NCBI GenBank assembly: GCA_020536535.1
Contig: JAHLWZ010000481.1
Coordinates: 1-32,875, forward strand
DNA length: 32,875 nt
Source: Pelomyxa schiedti
Taxonomy: Eukaryota > Protista > Evosea
Direction: 5' to 3'
In this document: in pieces, positions 31,455 through 32,875 of the stretch
Position numbering within the stretch: position 1 is the stretch's first letter
How the letters are laid out: each line of letters starts with the position of its first letter
Notes under the pieces: generated by a model
What the model was told of the DNA's origin: nothing
The model's input: only the letters and a program-made list of their open reading frames with translations
The model's database searches: none
Position numbers and translations under genes: made by a program

Positions 31455-32875
31455 CAGCACACCAACACAAGCCATCAGCGCACACACACCAAATCACTGA
31501 ACAATGTGGAAGTGATCTGTTTGGTGCAATTGGTTTTTGGGAAAATCGCAGTTGCAGATAATTTATCTGGTAAGAACCAATTGGCGGACTTATAAACCCC
31601 CAATGAACACAAAATTAATAATCATAAAAAAATAATAAAACCAAGATCTACACATTGCGGCAACCAACAGCATGCGACCCGGCCATACGTGTATGCATTC
31701 ACAACTTTGTTTTTTTTCCTCATTCGTGCCTGTCACACTCGCGACACAGTGACGGTGCTGTTGTTGTGTCTTATTCTTATTGCGGGTCAGGTGTTTTCTT
31801 GCACTGTTTGCCGCGTTGCAACTCCCAAGTTGTGTTCAAGAAGAACTGTTCTTGGAGTCACACCAACGGCAAGATTTATTATCCATCAAGTAAAATGCCT
31901 TTTTTTTATTATGATTAGTATTTGGTGGCTGAAGAAGATCCGACGCGTTAAAACACAACAACAAGCAACAACATGTGGAGGCCAACACACCCTCGGGGGG
32001 GCGGATGCCGTGGTTCACGTTGTGGGCGTCGCCACTGCCGTCCACCGTGCCTTCAACAAGTGCGGTGCTGTGTGGGGTGGCTCTCGTCTCTCCGCGATTC
32101 CGTGCCGTCCTCCGCCTTGAGCGGGAATGCTGTGCCACACGTCACCTCTGTCGCATGAGGAGCACAACAAACCAGGTGTGACATCTTTTATTTCAAATGA
32201 TTCTTAACGTGTTTATTCCAGAGCCGAGCAGCATCACTTGAGATCGTAATCATCCATGTCAGCAGCAGCAACAACAGGCCAACACACACACACACACCGC
32301 ACTCAGGGTGGTGGATGCCGTGGTTCGCGTTGTGGGTGTTGCCACCGCCGTCCACCGTGCCTTCAACAAGCACGGTGCTGTGTGGGGTGGCTCTCGTCTC
32401 TCCGCGATTCCGTGCCGTCCTCCACCTGAGCGGGAATGTCATGTGCACAACAAACCAGGTGTGACATCTTTTAATTTAAATGATTCTTAACCCGTTTATT
32501 CCAGAGTTGGTTGCACCATTGTTTGTCAGAAGAGACTCGTCAGATATCTCATCATCACAGCTCAAGGTTGGAGAGCATTGCTTTTCAAGGTAAATTTTAC
32601 TGTTCCTGATGTGTATCGTTTTACTTAAGACTTCACAGATCAAGACAACTCACTCCTCAACAAAAATGTGGAGGCCAACACACCCTCGGGGGGGTGGATG
32701 CCGTGGTTCGCGTTGTGGGTGTTGCCACTGCCGTCCACCGTGCCTTTAACAAGTGCGGTGCTGTGTGGGGTGGCTCTCGTCTCTCCGCGATTCCGTGCCG
32801 TCCTCCACCTTGAGCGGGAATGCTGTGCCCTCTGTAACAAGAGCAGGAGGGTGACTTTGCCGTGGGACTGGTGCA
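31455..32875 (+). repeat. Repeat cassette locus 3 (three cores plus one unique exon), running off the window
   Basis: Cores at 32003-32140, 32313-32440 and 32696-32829. Intron-like segments at 32176-32221, 32459-32504 and 32590-32638. Confidence 0.9.
32005..32875 (+). CDS. Candidate spliced tandem-module protein (MPWFALWVLPPPSTVPSTSAVLCGVALVSPRFRA module x3), 3' incomplete
   Basis: Exons 32005-32175, 32222-32458, 32505-32589 and 32639-32875 splice into one stop-free frame of about 243 codons. Confidence 0.4.

Noticed and set aside
1-32875. Autonomous transposon or viral genes driving the duplications
   Set aside because: I recognised no transposase, reverse transcriptase, integrase or capsid motifs in any ORF.

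Overview
Eukaryotic, intron-rich genomic DNA with short (about 33-95 nt) GT-AG introns. The expanded gene families resemble those I recall from the archamoeba Pelomyxa; this is an unverified inference. The left part (1-14.1 kb) holds spliced genes: an ankyrin-like fragment, a tRNA-Gly-like gene, an F-box protein, the Golgi SNARE GOSR1, an RCC1-repeat protein, a SEL1-repeat protein and a large P-loop NTPase. The middle (14.1-22.2 kb) is a tandem array of six apparently intronless paralogs sharing an N-terminal motif followed by variable beta-rich bodies. The right part (22.5-32.9 kb) is a dynamic region with three copies of a promoter-exon-intron cassette carrying eight copies of a ~137-nt core on mostly phase-0 exons, a duplicated cullin pseudogene, an 85-bp MITE with an 8-bp TSD, other pseudogene fragments, a coiled-coil gene and a 100-N gap. 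A rearranged, intron-lacking cassette copy sits about 20 bp upstream of the tRNA-like gene. Repeat divergence and gene-body composition both point to CpG methylation. I found no CRISPR array, transposase or reverse transcriptase. Gene boundaries are manual and approximate where stated.
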